A DNA stretch of 64,000 bases from Patescibacteria group bacterium (GTDB taxonomy: Bacteria; Patescibacteriota; Minisyncoccia; Phycocordibacterales; SBAW01). The notes below the pieces were generated by a model that saw only the letters and a program-made list of their open reading frames with translations, searched no databases and had not been told where the DNA came from. Position 1 is the stretch's first letter. Every line of letters begins with the position of its first letter. The stretch is from positions 103-64,102 of the forward strand of contig JAGWOD010000003.1 in assembly GCA_028871115.1 (NCBI GenBank), written 5' to 3'. The translations under genes were made by a program, and so were the position numbers. This document shows positions 36,117-44,986 of the stretch, in pieces.

Positions 36117-38324
36117 ATGCAGACCCGAAGTTTCTCGACCGAGATAGGCGGTAAGACACTCACCGCCGAATTTAATGATCTTGCGGAAAATGCTGATGGA
36201 TCGGTGATCCTGCGCTACGGCAACACAGCGGTTATCGCCACAGCAGTCATAAGCGAGCGCACACGAGAGGATATCGATTATTTTCCCCTCACCGTCGACT
36301 ACGAAGAGCGTTTCTATGCGGCAGGTCAAATCCTCGGCTCCCGCTTCGTTCGCCGCGAAGGACGTCCTTCAGATCAGGCTATTCTCTCCGGCCGCGTCGT
36401 CGACCGCACGATCCGACCGCTTTTTAATTGGAACATCCGCAACGAAGTGCAGGTCGTCATTACTGTTCTCTCCATAGACGAAGACGATCCAGACATGCTC
36501 GCGGTCAATGCGGCGTCACTTGCACTTGCAGTTTCACGCATTCCCTGGGGAGGACCCGTCGCGGCTGTGCGTATCGGCAAGATAAAAGGAGGAAGTGACC
36601 TTATCATCAACCCGAGCTACGCGTTCCGGGAAAAAACGGATACCGCGTTTGATCTACTCGCCTGCGGGCAGAGAGGCACTATCAATATGATTGAAGTGGG
36701 CTCACGCGAAGTGTCCGAAGAGGATATCACGCAAGCACTTGAGCGCGCAGTCGAGGAGCAAGAAAAGCTTCTTGTCTGGCAGCGACAAATAATTAAGGAA
36801 ATCGGAAAAGAAAAGGCAATCCTCAAAACAGGGGAGGTTCCGGATGCACTTCAGACCCTGTTCAACAATGAATTTAAGAAGGAACTACACGACGTCATCT
36901 TCTGTGGCACCCCAGGAAAGGAGAGCATTAGCGACCTCAAGAAACGCTTTGTTGCGCGATACACTCAAGTCGAAGAACTCAAAGACGTGAAGAAATCCAC
37001 CGCGGAGCGCTTCCTCGAGGACCGTGTCAACGACGAGATTCACCGCGGCGCGATTGAAGATGGAAAGCGCGCGGACGGTCGGGCCTTTGACGAGCTCCGG
37101 CCCATTTTTGCCAAAGCAGGCGGCGTCTCACCAATGCTCCATGGATCAGGCATTTTCTACCGCGGCGGCACTCACGTCTTCACGGCGCTTACCCTTGGCG
37201 GTCCTGGGGATTCTCTTGTCATCGACACCATGGAGGAACAGGAGGTCAAAAAACGTTTCATGCACCACTATAATTTCCCGCCCTTCTCGGTCGGGGAGAC
37301 GGGGCGTATGGGCGGACTTAACCGTCGCATGGTTGGCCATGGCTATCTCGCAGAAAAATCGCTCGAAGCGGTTATTCCTCCCAAAGAGCAATTCCCGTAT
37401 ACCATCCGCTTGGTCTCAGAATGCATGGCTTCCAACGGTTCGACTTCTATGGGATCAGTTTGTGCTTCCACCATCGCACTTATGGACGGGGGAATCCCCA
37501 TCAAAGCTCCGGTCGCCGGTATCGCCATGGGTCTCATGATGTCACCCCGTTTTACAGAAGATAAAAAATATCGGGTGCTCACCGACATCCAGGGACCGGA
37601 AGATCATCACGGCGATATGGATTTCAAAGTGGCGGGGACAAGAGCGGGCATCACTGGTATCCAGCTCGACATCAAACTCGATGGTGTGCCCGTCTCAATA
37701 CTTACAGAGGCGCTCCACGCAGCCCGCGAGGCACGCTTCAAGATTCTTGATGTGATTGAAAAAGAAATCTCTACACCACGGAAGTCTCTTTCTCCGCGCG
37801 CTCCGGAAATTGCCACTATGAGCGTGCGTCCTGACCAGATAGGACTTGTCATCGGGGGAGGAGGAAAGACTATCAATGGAATTAAAGAAACTTCAGGGGC
37901 AGAAGATATCACGGTAGAGGATGATGGTTCGATCTTCATCACTGGTCGGAATGGGACAGCGCAAAAAGCTCGTGAACTTATCGAAGCGGTCGTGAAGGAA
38001 TATAAAGCAGGAGAAGTTTACGAGGGAACCGTCACGCGTCTTATGGATTTTGGTGCCTTTGTACGCATCGGGCCTATGAAGGATGCCGAGGGGCTTGTAC
38101 ATGTTTCGGAGGTTGCTCCCTTCCGGATTGATAAGATTTCCGATGCACTCGCGATTGGGGATAAAGTGCGCGTTATGATAAAGGAGATAGACGAGAAGGG
38201 GCGCATCAATCTTTCGATAAAACAGATTGACCCCGATTTCGCCTCACGCAAAGGACTTAAGCCCTCGACAAACCCATCACATGGCGGACGAAACCACACC
38301 GGGAACGAGCGGCGATTCCAATAA
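36117..38324 (+). CDS. pnp: Polyribonucleotide nucleotidyltransferase (PNPase)
   Basis: FVRREGRP, HHYNFPPFSVGE, GDMDFKVAG, KH and S1 domains. Start set at ATG 36117. Confidence 0.98.
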   Translation: MQTRSFSTEIGGKTLTAEFNDLAENADGSVILRYGNTAVIATAVISERTREDIDYFPLTVDYEERFYAAGQILGSRFVRREGRPSDQAILSGRVVDRTIRPLFNWNIRNEVQVVITVLSIDEDDPDMLAVNAASLALAVSRIPWGGPVAAVRIGKIKGGSDLIINPSYAFREKTDTAFDLLACGQRGTINMIEVGSREVSEEDITQALERAVEEQEKLLVWQRQIIKEIGKEKAILKTGEVPDALQTLFNNEFKKELHDVIFCGTPGKESISDLKKRFVARYTQVEELKDVKKSTAERFLEDRVNDEIHRGAIEDGKRADGRAFDELRPIFAKAGGVSPMLHGSGIFYRGGTHVFTALTLGGPGDSLVIDTMEEQEVKKRFMHHYNFPPFSVGETGRMGGLNRRMVGHGYLAEKSLEAVIPPKEQFPYTIRLVSECMASNGSTSMGSVCASTIALMDGGIPIKAPVAGIAMGLMMSPRFTEDKKYRVLTDIQGPEDHHGDMDFKVAGTRAGITGIQLDIKLDGVPVSILTEALHAAREARFKILDVIEKEISTPRKSLSPRAPEIATMSVRPDQIGLVIGGGGKTINGIKETSGAEDITVEDDGSIFITGRNGTAQKARELIEAVVKEYKAGEVYEGTVTRLMDFGAFVRIGPMKDAEGLVHVSEVAPFRIDKISDALAIGDKVRVMIKEIDEKGRINLSIKQIDPDFASRKGLKPSTNPSHGGRNHTGNERRFQ

Positions 38325-39393
38325 GAAGGATTCGCTCGATCTTGAGAAGATTCTTCTTCCTAAAAAAGATCCCTCAAAGCTTTCGGCACAACGCGTAAAT
38401 GCGGCCGAGGTGCTTGAGGCTGCTTCTGCACCGCTTCCAAAAGCTCCGGCGCCAGAACCTCTTCCCGTAAAACCTGCCCTGGAGATTCCCGCAATTGAAA
38501 CCTATAAAAGCGATATAGAGGAGACCGTGCGAGGAAAAAATATCTCTCTTGTCGAAATTGCAGCAGCACAAGCACGACGGGGTGGATCTCTAGGACCTGC
38601 TGAAGAAGAGGTTCCTCAAGGGACTTCCCGAAAACGACTGCTACAGATTGGTGTGGGTGGCTTGCTTCTGCTTGGCGCGGTGGTAGCAATTGCAGCAGCG
38701 CTCTCGCGCGGAAGTGCACTGCCCCCTGCACAATCTCCTTCCGCTCCCTATATCTACGTCGACGGTACACAGACCGTGCCCGTCCCCGAAGGCTCAACCC
38801 GGTCGGAGATTATGACCGAGCTCGAAGCAGATCGGCAGAATACCAATATTGCCCTTGGACTCATCTCCCGCCTCTATCTCGTTGCACCTGCAACCACGAC
38901 CAACGCCGGAGCAGTGCCACTCTCGACATCTGACTTTTTTTCCTTGATGGCGCCGAATGCCGATCCCTCCCTGGTGCGCTCGCTTGATCCGACCTTTCTC
39001 CTCGGCGTCCATTCCTTCGACGGGAACCAGGCCTTCCTCATTTTCACCACCAACTCTTATGACCAGGCGTACGCCGGTATGCTCTCTTGGGAGGACACGA
39101 TGCAGACCGATCTCTCACCGCTTTTCGATCGCACGCCTCCCATCCATATTCCGGAGGAAGGAAATACCGCAGCAGAAGCAATCGCTGCTCCACAGCTCCT
39201 CCAGAGTCCTTTTTCAGACCTCGTCGTTGATAATGAGGATGCACGCGTCATTCAAGATTCCTCGGGTGACATATTGCTCCTGTGGACTTTTGTTGATCGA
39301 CAGACGCTTGTTATCACGACAAACCAATATACGCTCCAGGAAATCATCTCACGCCTCACCGAGGCACCGGTGGTCCCCATCCCTGGAGAGTAA
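38281..39393 (+). CDS. Single-pass membrane protein of unknown function
   Basis: Charged N-terminus, one TM (IGVGGLLLLGAVVAIAAAL) and an extracellular domain (YAGMLSWE...). Start probably MADETT at 38281. Confidence 0.7.
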   Translation: MADETTPGTSGDSNKKDSLDLEKILLPKKDPSKLSAQRVNAAEVLEAASAPLPKAPAPEPLPVKPALEIPAIETYKSDIEETVRGKNISLVEIAAAQARRGGSLGPAEEEVPQGTSRKRLLQIGVGGLLLLGAVVAIAAALSRGSALPPAQSPSAPYIYVDGTQTVPVPEGSTRSEIMTELEADRQNTNIALGLISRLYLVAPATTTNAGAVPLSTSDFFSLMAPNADPSLVRSLDPTFLLGVHSFDGNQAFLIFTTNSYDQAYAGMLSWEDTMQTDLSPLFDRTPPIHIPEEGNTAAEAIAAPQLLQSPFSDLVVDNEDARVIQDSSGDILLLWTFVDRQTLVITTNQYTLQEIISRLTEAPVVPIPGE

Positions 39394-39418
39394 TCCAGAG
39401 TGCTATAGTACGAAGCGT

Positions 39419-39793
39419 ATGGATGAGAAAAAACTTTCGCATTTCAAGAAAAAATTGGAAGAAGAATTGAGAACAGTGGAGAGCGACTTGGCAGACGTCG
39501 GCCGCAAGAATCCGGATGCACCAGGAGAGTGGGAAGCACAAGTAAAGGATACTGACACGGCCTCCACAGAAGCGGATGAAAAGGCAGATAAATTTGAGGA
39601 GTATGAAAGCAATAGTGCAATCCTTGAGCCGGTTGCAGCGCGAGCTAAAGAAATACAGCACGCACTTGAAAAGATTGCCTCAGGCACCTATGGCCTCTGC
39701 GAAGTCTCCGGCGAGAGGATAGAGGAAGCTCGGCTCGAAGCGAATCCTGCTGCACGCACGTGCGAGAAGCATATGCGGCAAGGGAAAAGCTAA
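39419..39793 (+). CDS. DksA/TraR-family protein
   Basis: Coiled coil, then ALEKIASGTYGLCEVSGERIEEARLEANPAARTCEKH. Start at ATG 39419. Confidence 0.88.
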   Translation: MDEKKLSHFKKKLEEELRTVESDLADVGRKNPDAPGEWEAQVKDTDTASTEADEKADKFEEYESNSAILEPVAARAKEIQHALEKIASGTYGLCEVSGERIEEARLEANPAARTCEKHMRQGKS

Positions 39794-39802
39794 AGATAGA
39801 AA

Positions 39803-40900
39803 CTACTCGCTACTTCCAAGCGGCAAGCTTGCGAAAGGATTGACTGCACCGCGCACTTCAAAGTGCAGGTGGGGACCGGTTGCAAGACCGGTCGCTCCCA
39901 CAAGTCCTATCGTCTCTCCTTGAGTTACCGAGGTGCCTGCCGAGACCAAAACCCGGCTCATATGAGCATAGAGAGTTTCCGTTCCGTTAGGATGCGCAAT
40001 AACTACGTAATTTCCGTAGCCACCGTTCCATGCTCCGTTGGCGCGAGCGACAATGACAATACCGGAGGCCGCAGCATAAATTTGAGTGCCGCGTGGAGCG
40101 CCGATATCAACCGCGTTCCATCCATGAAGTCCCTGTGTGATAACTCCTCCATTAATCGGCCACGCAAAATACCCGGGAATCGCTGGGCCTGAGCCACCGA
40201 GATAGGGTTCTACCAAACCGCGTGAGGAACTGCCTGAGTGTGAAACAGACCTGGAAGAAGAAGTACTGCTTCCTCCAGAAATTTCGCCGTCGGGGATGAT
40301 GACGCTTGTGCCAGGAGTAAGTGCCAAAGAAGGATCGAGACCGTTGTACTGTGCGATTTCATTTGCGTCCGCACTATACTTCTTAGCGATTGAGGCGAGT
40401 GTCTCTCCTTTCACCACAGTGTGCTCTACACCGGTGATCGGTAGGATGACGAGCATTTCGCCAGGATGAACTACACCTCCTTGAATATCATTGGCCCAAA
40501 CGATGGTGTTAACCGAGACACTGAAAAGCTCCGCGATAGAAGAGAGCGTATCGCCCGCATGCACAGTGTAGACAGAAATTTGCGAGGAAGTTGGCCATTG
40601 ATTGATGTCAGCAGTACCTGTCGGGTTATCCTGCGCCTCAAGAGCGCTCCCATCGGCAACCGTGATATCACCACCGCCCTCCGCAGGATTCGGATCTAGA
40701 TTCACCGCAGGGGAGAGGAGCGGCATAGTTTGGGAATTGTACGAAAGATCTGCGTTTTGGAGAGTATTGGGGTCAGTCGCATCCAATGAAAATGCCTGCG
40801 CAGGATGTATCGCAGGCAGTACCACAAAGGTGACAACAAGAGCGCCTCCAGTGAGAAGCGCGTACGCAAAAGGTTTTTTCGCCCATCCTCCTAGAAGCAA
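39803..40900 (-). CDS. LysM-LysM-M23 peptidoglycan endopeptidase
   Basis: Two LysM repeats (YTVHAGDTLSSIA; HTVVKGETLASIA) and M23 motifs TLYAHM and GPHLHFEVR. The start codon is uncertain (TTG). Confidence 0.92.
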   Translation of the reverse strand: MLLGGWAKKPFAYALLTGGALVVTFVVLPAIHPAQAFSLDATDPNTLQNADLSYNSQTMPLLSPAVNLDPNPAEGGGDITVADGSALEAQDNPTGTADINQWPTSSQISVYTVHAGDTLSSIAELFSVSVNTIVWANDIQGGVVHPGEMLVILPITGVEHTVVKGETLASIAKKYSADANEIAQYNGLDPSLALTPGTSVIIPDGEISGGSSTSSSRSVSHSGSSSRGLVEPYLGGSGPAIPGYFAWPINGGVITQGLHGWNAVDIGAPRGTQIYAAASGIVIVARANGAWNGGYGNYVVIAHPNGTETLYAHMSRVLVSAGTSVTQGETIGLVGATGLATGPHLHFEVRGAVNPFASLPLGSSE

Positions 40901-41105
40901 CCTCGTGTAGAGGATGAGGTCCTGTAAACGTTGAAAGTCTATAAGCCGAGAGGCTTCCGAGTATGGAGAAACGCGGCCCTAACGGTTTCATCCTATCTCC
41001 GGAGCGCCCTAAACTGATCCTCATCCGTATGCAAAAAGTCTCTTTACAATTCTCTTTGCATCCCAATCGTACGGGACGTTTTTAACTATAGCCTTCGGCA
41101 ACAGG
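40884..41105 (-). ncRNA. Candidate structured cis-regulatory leader of the LysM/M23 gene
   Basis: Closing stem, several internal hairpins, and a segment with two mutually exclusive partners next to the start codon. Confidence 0.5.
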
Positions 41106-41184
41106 AGGGTCTACTTCCAGAAATAAGGGTTTTGTGGCGGACTTCCTGAAATCTCAATAAAAAGGCCATTTTAAGAGGGGTGGC

Positions 41185-41193
41185 TGTGGATAA
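41185..41193. promoter_or_regulatory. Perfect DnaA box
   Basis: TGTGGATAA between the divergent M23 and uvrD promoters. Confidence 0.55.
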
Positions 41194-41250
41194 CCTTTGA
41201 AAAATAAAGGGATTTTGCTGCATTCGAAGCTCCTTAGTATAGTAAGTTTC

Positions 41251-43200
41251 ATGCAGAGCCATTTAGAGGGTCTTAACGCCGCTCAAGAGGAAGCGGTGCT
41301 CCACTCCCAAGGTCCGCTCCTCGTGCTCGCAGGCGCAGGAGCGGGGAAGACCCGAGTCATAACCCACCGAATCTTGGAACTCGTGGTGAAAGGCACAGCG
41401 CCAGAGAATATTCTTGCTATTACCTTTACCAACAAGGCTGCTCGAGAGATGCGCGAGCGAGTGGAGACACTCCTCAAAAATTCAAAGAATTTCACGAGAG
41501 AAGAAGAAATGCCTTTTATTTCGACGTTTCACTCTCTGGGACTCAGAATAATAAAGGAACACTATCGTGAGTTTGGTTTCAAACGCTTCCCTGCGATTTA
41601 TGACCGAGCAGATTCACTCAAAGCATTGCGTGATGTATTGAAGCATCTGGGCACACCCATTCAAAATAAAGAGAGCCTCGAGGCCGGAGGTTCCTCGCAA
41701 GAGGCGCGTATGGTGCTTGGCATAATCTCGCGCAGCAAAGGGGACGGCATTACTCAAGAGCTCTATGAAGAAGGCGCGCGGGATGCGCGTGAGAGGATGA
41801 TCGCAACAGCGTGGAGAGGATACGAACGCGCACTCCAGAGCGAAGGAGCACTTGATTTTGACGATCTTCTCCTGCGAGCCGTACTTTTTTTGCGAGAAAA
41901 CGAAATTGCTCGGAAGCGGTATCAGAAACGCTGGCAGTATCTTCATATAGACGAGTACCAAGATACCAACCGCATCCAGAGTGCACTTGTCGCACTGCTC
42001 GTAGGCGAGGCACACAATATTTGTGCAGTCGGCGACATTGATCAAACGATCTACACCTGGCGGGGAGCAGACATCCGCAACCTTCTGAGCTTTTCGAAAC
42101 ACTATCCAGGCGCGAGAACTATACTTCTTGAGGAAAATTACCGCTCAAGTGGATCTATCCTCGAGGCTGCGAACGCTCTCATCGCAAAAAATCACATCCG
42201 GGTGGAGAAAAATCTCTTTACCAAAAAAACAGAGGGGGAGCCTCTTTCCATCTTCGGAGCGTTCGACGAGCATGACGAGGCGCACTTCGTAGTCCGCAAG
42301 ATCAATGAGCGCATAGAGCGAGGCGCCCGCCCAAAAGATTTCGCCGTTCTCTACCGAGCGAACTTCCAGTCCCGAGCGCTCGAGGAAGCGCTCCTGCAAG
42401 GAGATATTCCCTACCAGGTGCTCGGTACCCGCTTCTTCGAGCGTGCGGAGGTAAAAGATATGCTTGCGTTCCTGCGTGCAGCGCTCTACAACACCACTCC
42501 TGACATCGCGCGCATCGCAAATGTCCCTCGGCGGGGGATAGGAAAAACAACCCTTATGGCTATGCTCTCGGGAACCGAAGGAGGGTTGCGCGGTAATACA
42601 GGAGAACGGGTGGCTCTTTTCAGGACACTCTTGCACACTATCGAACGACAATCGCACCTACTTCCTCCCTCCGAACTTATTACCTTCGTGATGCGAGAGA
42701 GCGGTGTCGAGAGAATGCTGCGCGAGGATAAGCTAGAAGGTGTTGAGCGTCTCAACAATATCAAGGAGCTTATCGCGCTTGCGGGGCGCTATGACAAGGA
42801 CCCTATTCCGGAGGGTACACACGCATTCCTCGAGAATGCCGCGCTCGCAAGTGAGCAGGATGAACTCAAAGAAGAAGCAAACGCTGTGAGGCTCATGACC
42901 GTTCATGCTTCCAAGGGACTTGAATTCCCCTACGTTTTTATCACAGGCCTCGAAGAAGGACTCTTTCCCTACACCCGCGATGAAATGGATGAAGAGGAAG
43001 ATGATGAAGAAGAACGACGGCTTATGTATGTGGCACTCACACGGGCGCAAGAAAAAATATTTCTTACACACACTTCGATCCGCACTACCTTCGGTCAGCA
43101 ATCATTCAACGAACCCTCGCAATTCCTTTTGGATATTCCGGAGCGTCTCTCTTGCCTTGAGGAACCTGAGCGTCTCGGGCGCACCATTTATCTCGAGTAA
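41251..43200 (+). CDS. uvrD: UvrD/PcrA superfamily 1 DNA helicase
   Basis: AGAGAGKT, TFTNKAA, DEYQD, ENYRS, TVHASKGLEF and YVALTRA motifs. Start set at 41251. Confidence 0.96.
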   Translation: MQSHLEGLNAAQEEAVLHSQGPLLVLAGAGAGKTRVITHRILELVVKGTAPENILAITFTNKAAREMRERVETLLKNSKNFTREEEMPFISTFHSLGLRIIKEHYREFGFKRFPAIYDRADSLKALRDVLKHLGTPIQNKESLEAGGSSQEARMVLGIISRSKGDGITQELYEEGARDARERMIATAWRGYERALQSEGALDFDDLLLRAVLFLRENEIARKRYQKRWQYLHIDEYQDTNRIQSALVALLVGEAHNICAVGDIDQTIYTWRGADIRNLLSFSKHYPGARTILLEENYRSSGSILEAANALIAKNHIRVEKNLFTKKTEGEPLSIFGAFDEHDEAHFVVRKINERIERGARPKDFAVLYRANFQSRALEEALLQGDIPYQVLGTRFFERAEVKDMLAFLRAALYNTTPDIARIANVPRRGIGKTTLMAMLSGTEGGLRGNTGERVALFRTLLHTIERQSHLLPPSELITFVMRESGVERMLREDKLEGVERLNNIKELIALAGRYDKDPIPEGTHAFLENAALASEQDELKEEANAVRLMTVHASKGLEFPYVFITGLEEGLFPYTRDEMDEEEDDEEERRLMYVALTRAQEKIFLTHTSIRTTFGQQSFNEPSQFLLDIPERLSCLEEPERLGRTIYLE

Positions 43201-43202
43201 GT

Positions 43203-43982
43203 ATGCGTCCGAAGAAACGACTCGGCCAACACTTCCTCGCCCCTGCCTGGGCACGTACCGTAGCAGAGAGCGCGCAGCTTGAAGAGGACAATTATGTATT
43301 TGAGATAGGACCCGGCAGAGGAGTGCTCACGAAAGAGCTCCTGCTGCGAGGAGCGCGGACCATTGCCATCGAAAAAGACAGGGCACTGGTCGCAACTCTC
43401 AAAACTTCATTCGAAAAAGAAATAAAGGATGGAAGGCTCACACTTATTGAAGGCGACGCGCTTGAGATAGACGTGGAGAAATTGGGACTTAAAAACGGAA
43501 AGTATACAATCGTTGCTAATATTCCCTACTACATCACCGGGGCCTTGCTCGAAAAATTCCTATCACAGCCGCCTCGGCCGAAAACGCTTGTATTTCTTAT
43601 GCAAAAAGAGGTCGCCGAGCGCATTGCTAAGGCAAAAAAAGAGAGCCTCTTGTCCCTCTCCGTCAAAGCGTATGGCACTCCACACTATCTCAATACTGTC
43701 CCTCGCGGCGCGTTTAATCCCGCGCCCGAGGTGGACTCGGCAATACTGCGTATCGAGGGAATTTCGGACAAAAAATTCGATACTAGAGAGCATGAGAAGC
43801 GATTTTTCGAACTCATCCGGGCAGGATTCGCTCACAAGCGTAAATTACTCTCCGGAAACCTCAAGAATCTCCTCGGAAGAGGCGGCGAGGAGGCTCTTGC
43901 GGGTGTAGGGCTGCCCAAAAAAGTGCGGGCTGAGGATGTGCCCCTTGAGCAATGGCTTCTTCTTGCAAGGCAAGATCCCTGA
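43203..43982 (+). CDS. rsmA: 16S rRNA dimethyladenosine transferase
   Basis: KKRLGQHFL, EIGPGRG, ANIPYYIT and PAPEVDSA motifs. Confidence 0.96.
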   Translation: MRPKKRLGQHFLAPAWARTVAESAQLEEDNYVFEIGPGRGVLTKELLLRGARTIAIEKDRALVATLKTSFEKEIKDGRLTLIEGDALEIDVEKLGLKNGKYTIVANIPYYITGALLEKFLSQPPRPKTLVFLMQKEVAERIAKAKKESLLSLSVKAYGTPHYLNTVPRGAFNPAPEVDSAILRIEGISDKKFDTREHEKRFFELIRAGFAHKRKLLSGNLKNLLGRGGEEALAGVGLPKKVRAEDVPLEQWLLLARQDP

Positions 43983-44013
43983 GTCCACGAAAAGCCTTGT
44001 TATACTTTAGGAG

Positions 44014-44979
44014 ATGAACATTCGCGCCTATCTGCCCAGCGCGCGTTTTGGAACGCTTATTGGCGCTGTGGTAATAAGCGCTCTTCTTATATATGGAGCG
44101 CTAGCTATAGCCTCACCAAGGACAGGGGGACTCGAGAATACAAATGCAACAACGACTTCAAACGGAGTTTTTTCTTACTCGAGTGAAGACTGGCAACAGG
44201 CATTTGCTTCTTCAACCACCTTCCAGAGCGCCCAGGATATAGCCGACCAAGCTCAAAATCTCATCGCCTCTTCCCAGACAGGAAATCTTACTGACACCAT
44301 TGGCCGATCTCTGGTTATAGGTACAAGTGCCGCTACGGGTCAGGGGCTGAGTGGCAGTACTGATGCTGAATCTCAAATCGTTAGCAGCGCGCTTTCGGAA
44401 ATCCAGAATGAACTCTCCCAGGTGACCCTCTACACAGCAAGCGATCTAATGGTTGTGGCTGATTCTTCCTCTTCACTCCATGACTATGCCAATGCCATTG
44501 CGACGGCAATAGGAGGACACCCACAGGCATCCTATACCAACGTGATTCTTTCGGTTGGATTTGCAATCGATAACAATAACGCAACGACTCTGGCACAGCT
44601 GCCAGCAACCGCGAATGCTTACCAAGCACTGGCAAAAGAAATCATAGGAATTCCCGTACCGAACTCTCTTGCCGGCGTACAGCTCCAGATTGCTAACAAT
44701 TATTTGGAAATGTCGGGAAGCATTGGGGACATGGAAACGGTGCTTAACGACCCGATCCGCGGTCTCGCAGGGCTTCAGGAATATGATGCACTCGTGAGCC
44801 AGAGTGTGACGCTGTACACACAGATTGCTCAAACGCTGCAAAACGACGATATACTTTTTGGGAAAGGCGAGGCTGGCACTGTCTGGAGTTCTTTCCTCGC
44901 ACAGGCACAAGCTGAAGCCGCCCAAGCCGCGCAGCAATCCACAACTCAGCAGACCACCGATACCTCAAGCGGATCCTAG
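44014..44979 (+). CDS. Membrane-anchored helical extracellular protein (first gene of the T4SS-like locus)
   Basis: N-terminal TM and an A/Q/S-rich helical body. TGtTATACT promoter 7 nt upstream. Confidence 0.7.
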   Translation: MNIRAYLPSARFGTLIGAVVISALLIYGALAIASPRTGGLENTNATTTSNGVFSYSSEDWQQAFASSTTFQSAQDIADQAQNLIASSQTGNLTDTIGRSLVIGTSAATGQGLSGSTDAESQIVSSALSEIQNELSQVTLYTASDLMVVADSSSSLHDYANAIATAIGGHPQASYTNVILSVGFAIDNNNATTLAQLPATANAYQALAKEIIGIPVPNSLAGVQLQIANNYLEMSGSIGDMETVLNDPIRGLAGLQEYDALVSQSVTLYTQIAQTLQNDDILFGKGEAGTVWSSFLAQAQAEAAQAAQQSTTQQTTDTSSGS

Positions 44980-44986
44980 AATTTCA

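Noticed and set aside
32829-41105. Shared 12-mer CCTG(A/T)TGCCGAA between the orphan RNA and the M23 leader
   Set aside because: A single short match with no further similarity is compatible with chance.
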